IMG/VR virus record: IMGVR_UViG_3300002231_000542 | Coordinates: 58,470-78,469 of that record | DNA length: 20,000 nucleotides | Reading direction: 5' to 3' (one strand) | Source: an uncultured virus (IMG/VR IMGVR_UViG_3300002231_000542) | Lineage: Duplodnaviria > Heunggongvirae > Uroviricota > Caudoviricetes | In this document: positions 19,071 to 20,000 of the stretch, in pieces | How the letters are laid out: each line of letters starts with the position of its first letter | Numbering within the stretch: position 1 is the stretch's first letter | Made by a program: the position numbers and the translations under genes | Notes under the pieces: generated by a model | The model's input: the letters and a program-made list of their open reading frames with translations, nothing else | Databases searched by the model: none | What the model was told of the DNA's origin: nothing

Positions 19071-19399
19071 AAGAAAACAGCCCATTTATAACTCATCCTA
19101 ATGAGAGATTAACAACCGTAAACTCTAAATATGGGGACATGACTATATCAGAATTTAACCTTCATATATGCGGTCATATCAGGAAAGAACTCTTTCCTGA
19201 TACCTCAGTAATTACTACGTTCATAAATGAAAATACCATAGGTTTCGCTTTCAGGTTACTAACACATGTTTTAGATTTAGATCATTTGAAAACAGATGGT
19301 TGGAGTAAGCTTCTAGAAGATATAGAGATAGATGCTAATTTTGATTTATTTACAGTCTATCCAAGCTTTACCGCCCATCTATCCGATCCCACCACTTAA
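19064..19399 (+). CDS. Hypothetical protein, clear paralogue of 17850..18161
   Basis: SD AAAGGAG; shared motifs as above. Confidence 0.78.
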
Positions 19400-19435
19400 A
19401 TCAGACCCTAACCATTACTTTTAGGCGGTATACAT

Positions 19436-19466
19436 TAGACTCTAGACTCTAGACTCTAGACTCTAG
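19436..19466. repeat. Tandem repeat, 7-bp unit TAGACTC x4.4
   Basis: Read directly from the sequence. Confidence 0.95.
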
Positions 19467-19469
19467 GTA

Positions 19470-19541
19470 CTTAATCCTCATATCCCTTAATCCTCATATC
19501 CCTTAATCCTCATATCCCTTAATCCTCATATCCCTTAATCC
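19470..19541. repeat. Tandem repeat, 16-bp unit CTTAATCCTCATATCC x4.5
   Basis: Read directly; perfect copies start at 19470, 19486, 19502 and 19518. Confidence 0.95.
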
Positions 19542-19606
19542 CTTTGACCTAGCCGCGTAGGCGCTATAGGTCATTGGAAAATGGGGATTTTTGTGTAAGG
19601 GGGACA

Positions 19607-19638
19607 GTGTCCTATATTATATCCATAATATAGGACAC
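19607..19638. repeat. Perfect 14-bp inverted repeat flanked by G- and C-runs
   Basis: GTGTCCTATATTAT-atcc-ATAATATAGGACAC. Confidence 0.9.
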
Positions 19639-19686
19639 ACCCCACCCCCCGCGTCATATGACGCACTCGTATAAATGTAGAGCCTA

Positions 19687-19960
19687 TGCAATAACTGTGC
19701 CAACATTAACGTCAATATATTGACACCTATAAATAACACGACGGTATAACATGGTAGTAATAACACGAGGTACTTACCTCATATAGTATGACTTACATGC
19801 AAGTACTATGCCAAACGTAGTTGGCACAGTTATTGCATAGCAAACTACCATGGTAAAGTAAAGTATTACATGCAAGTACTGTGCCAAACGTAGTAGGCAC
19901 AGTTATTGCATAGCAAACTACCATGGTAAAGTAAAGTATTACATGCAAGTACTGTGCCAA
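19687..19960. promoter_or_regulatory. Cluster of six sigma-54 (RpoN) -24/-12 consensus sites
   Basis: (T/A)GGCA(C/T)-N5-TTGCA at 19687-19703(-), 19798-19814(-), 19821-19837(+), 19871-19887(-), 19894-19910(+) and 19944-19960(-). Confidence 0.75.
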
Positions 19961-19961
19961 A
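19793..19961. repeat. Tandem repeat, 73-bp unit x2.3, each full unit carrying two divergent sigma-54 motifs
   Basis: Units start at 19793, 19866 and 19939; units 1 and 2 differ at only two positions. Confidence 0.92.
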
Positions 19962-20000
19962 ACAAACATGCCCTGAGGCTTACGAGGATGCGATTCTGTG

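Noticed and set aside
19436..19961. CRISPR array
   Set aside because: The repeats are head-to-tail tandem copies with no unique spacers, and no cas genes are in the window.

Overview
Segment of an AT-rich tailed (siphovirus-like) phage or prophage genome. The minus strand (14454 to <1) carries a morphogenesis operon: small terminase, large terminase, a small Cys-rich ORF, portal, scaffold, P22-gp5-like major capsid protein, head-completion genes (HK97-gp10-like, Mu gp35/HI1506-like, Mu gp36/DUF1320, tail terminator), tail tube, tape measure and a tail protein that runs off the left edge. A DUF115/Maf-like glycosyltransferase-fold gene and a class I SAM methyltransferase sit inside the head module. 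The plus strand (14670-19399) is a divergent accessory operon of small ORFs, many of which look like diverged paralogues, with a truncated, broken alanyl-tRNA synthetase inserted between the two closest copies. The last 600 bp are non-coding and highly structured: short tandem repeats, perfect palindromes, a G/C-run motif and six sigma-54 (-24/-12) consensus sites on both strands. Several 1-2 nt frameshifts in homopolymers suggest sequencing error or early decay. All product calls come from motif recognition and gene order; no database searches were run.
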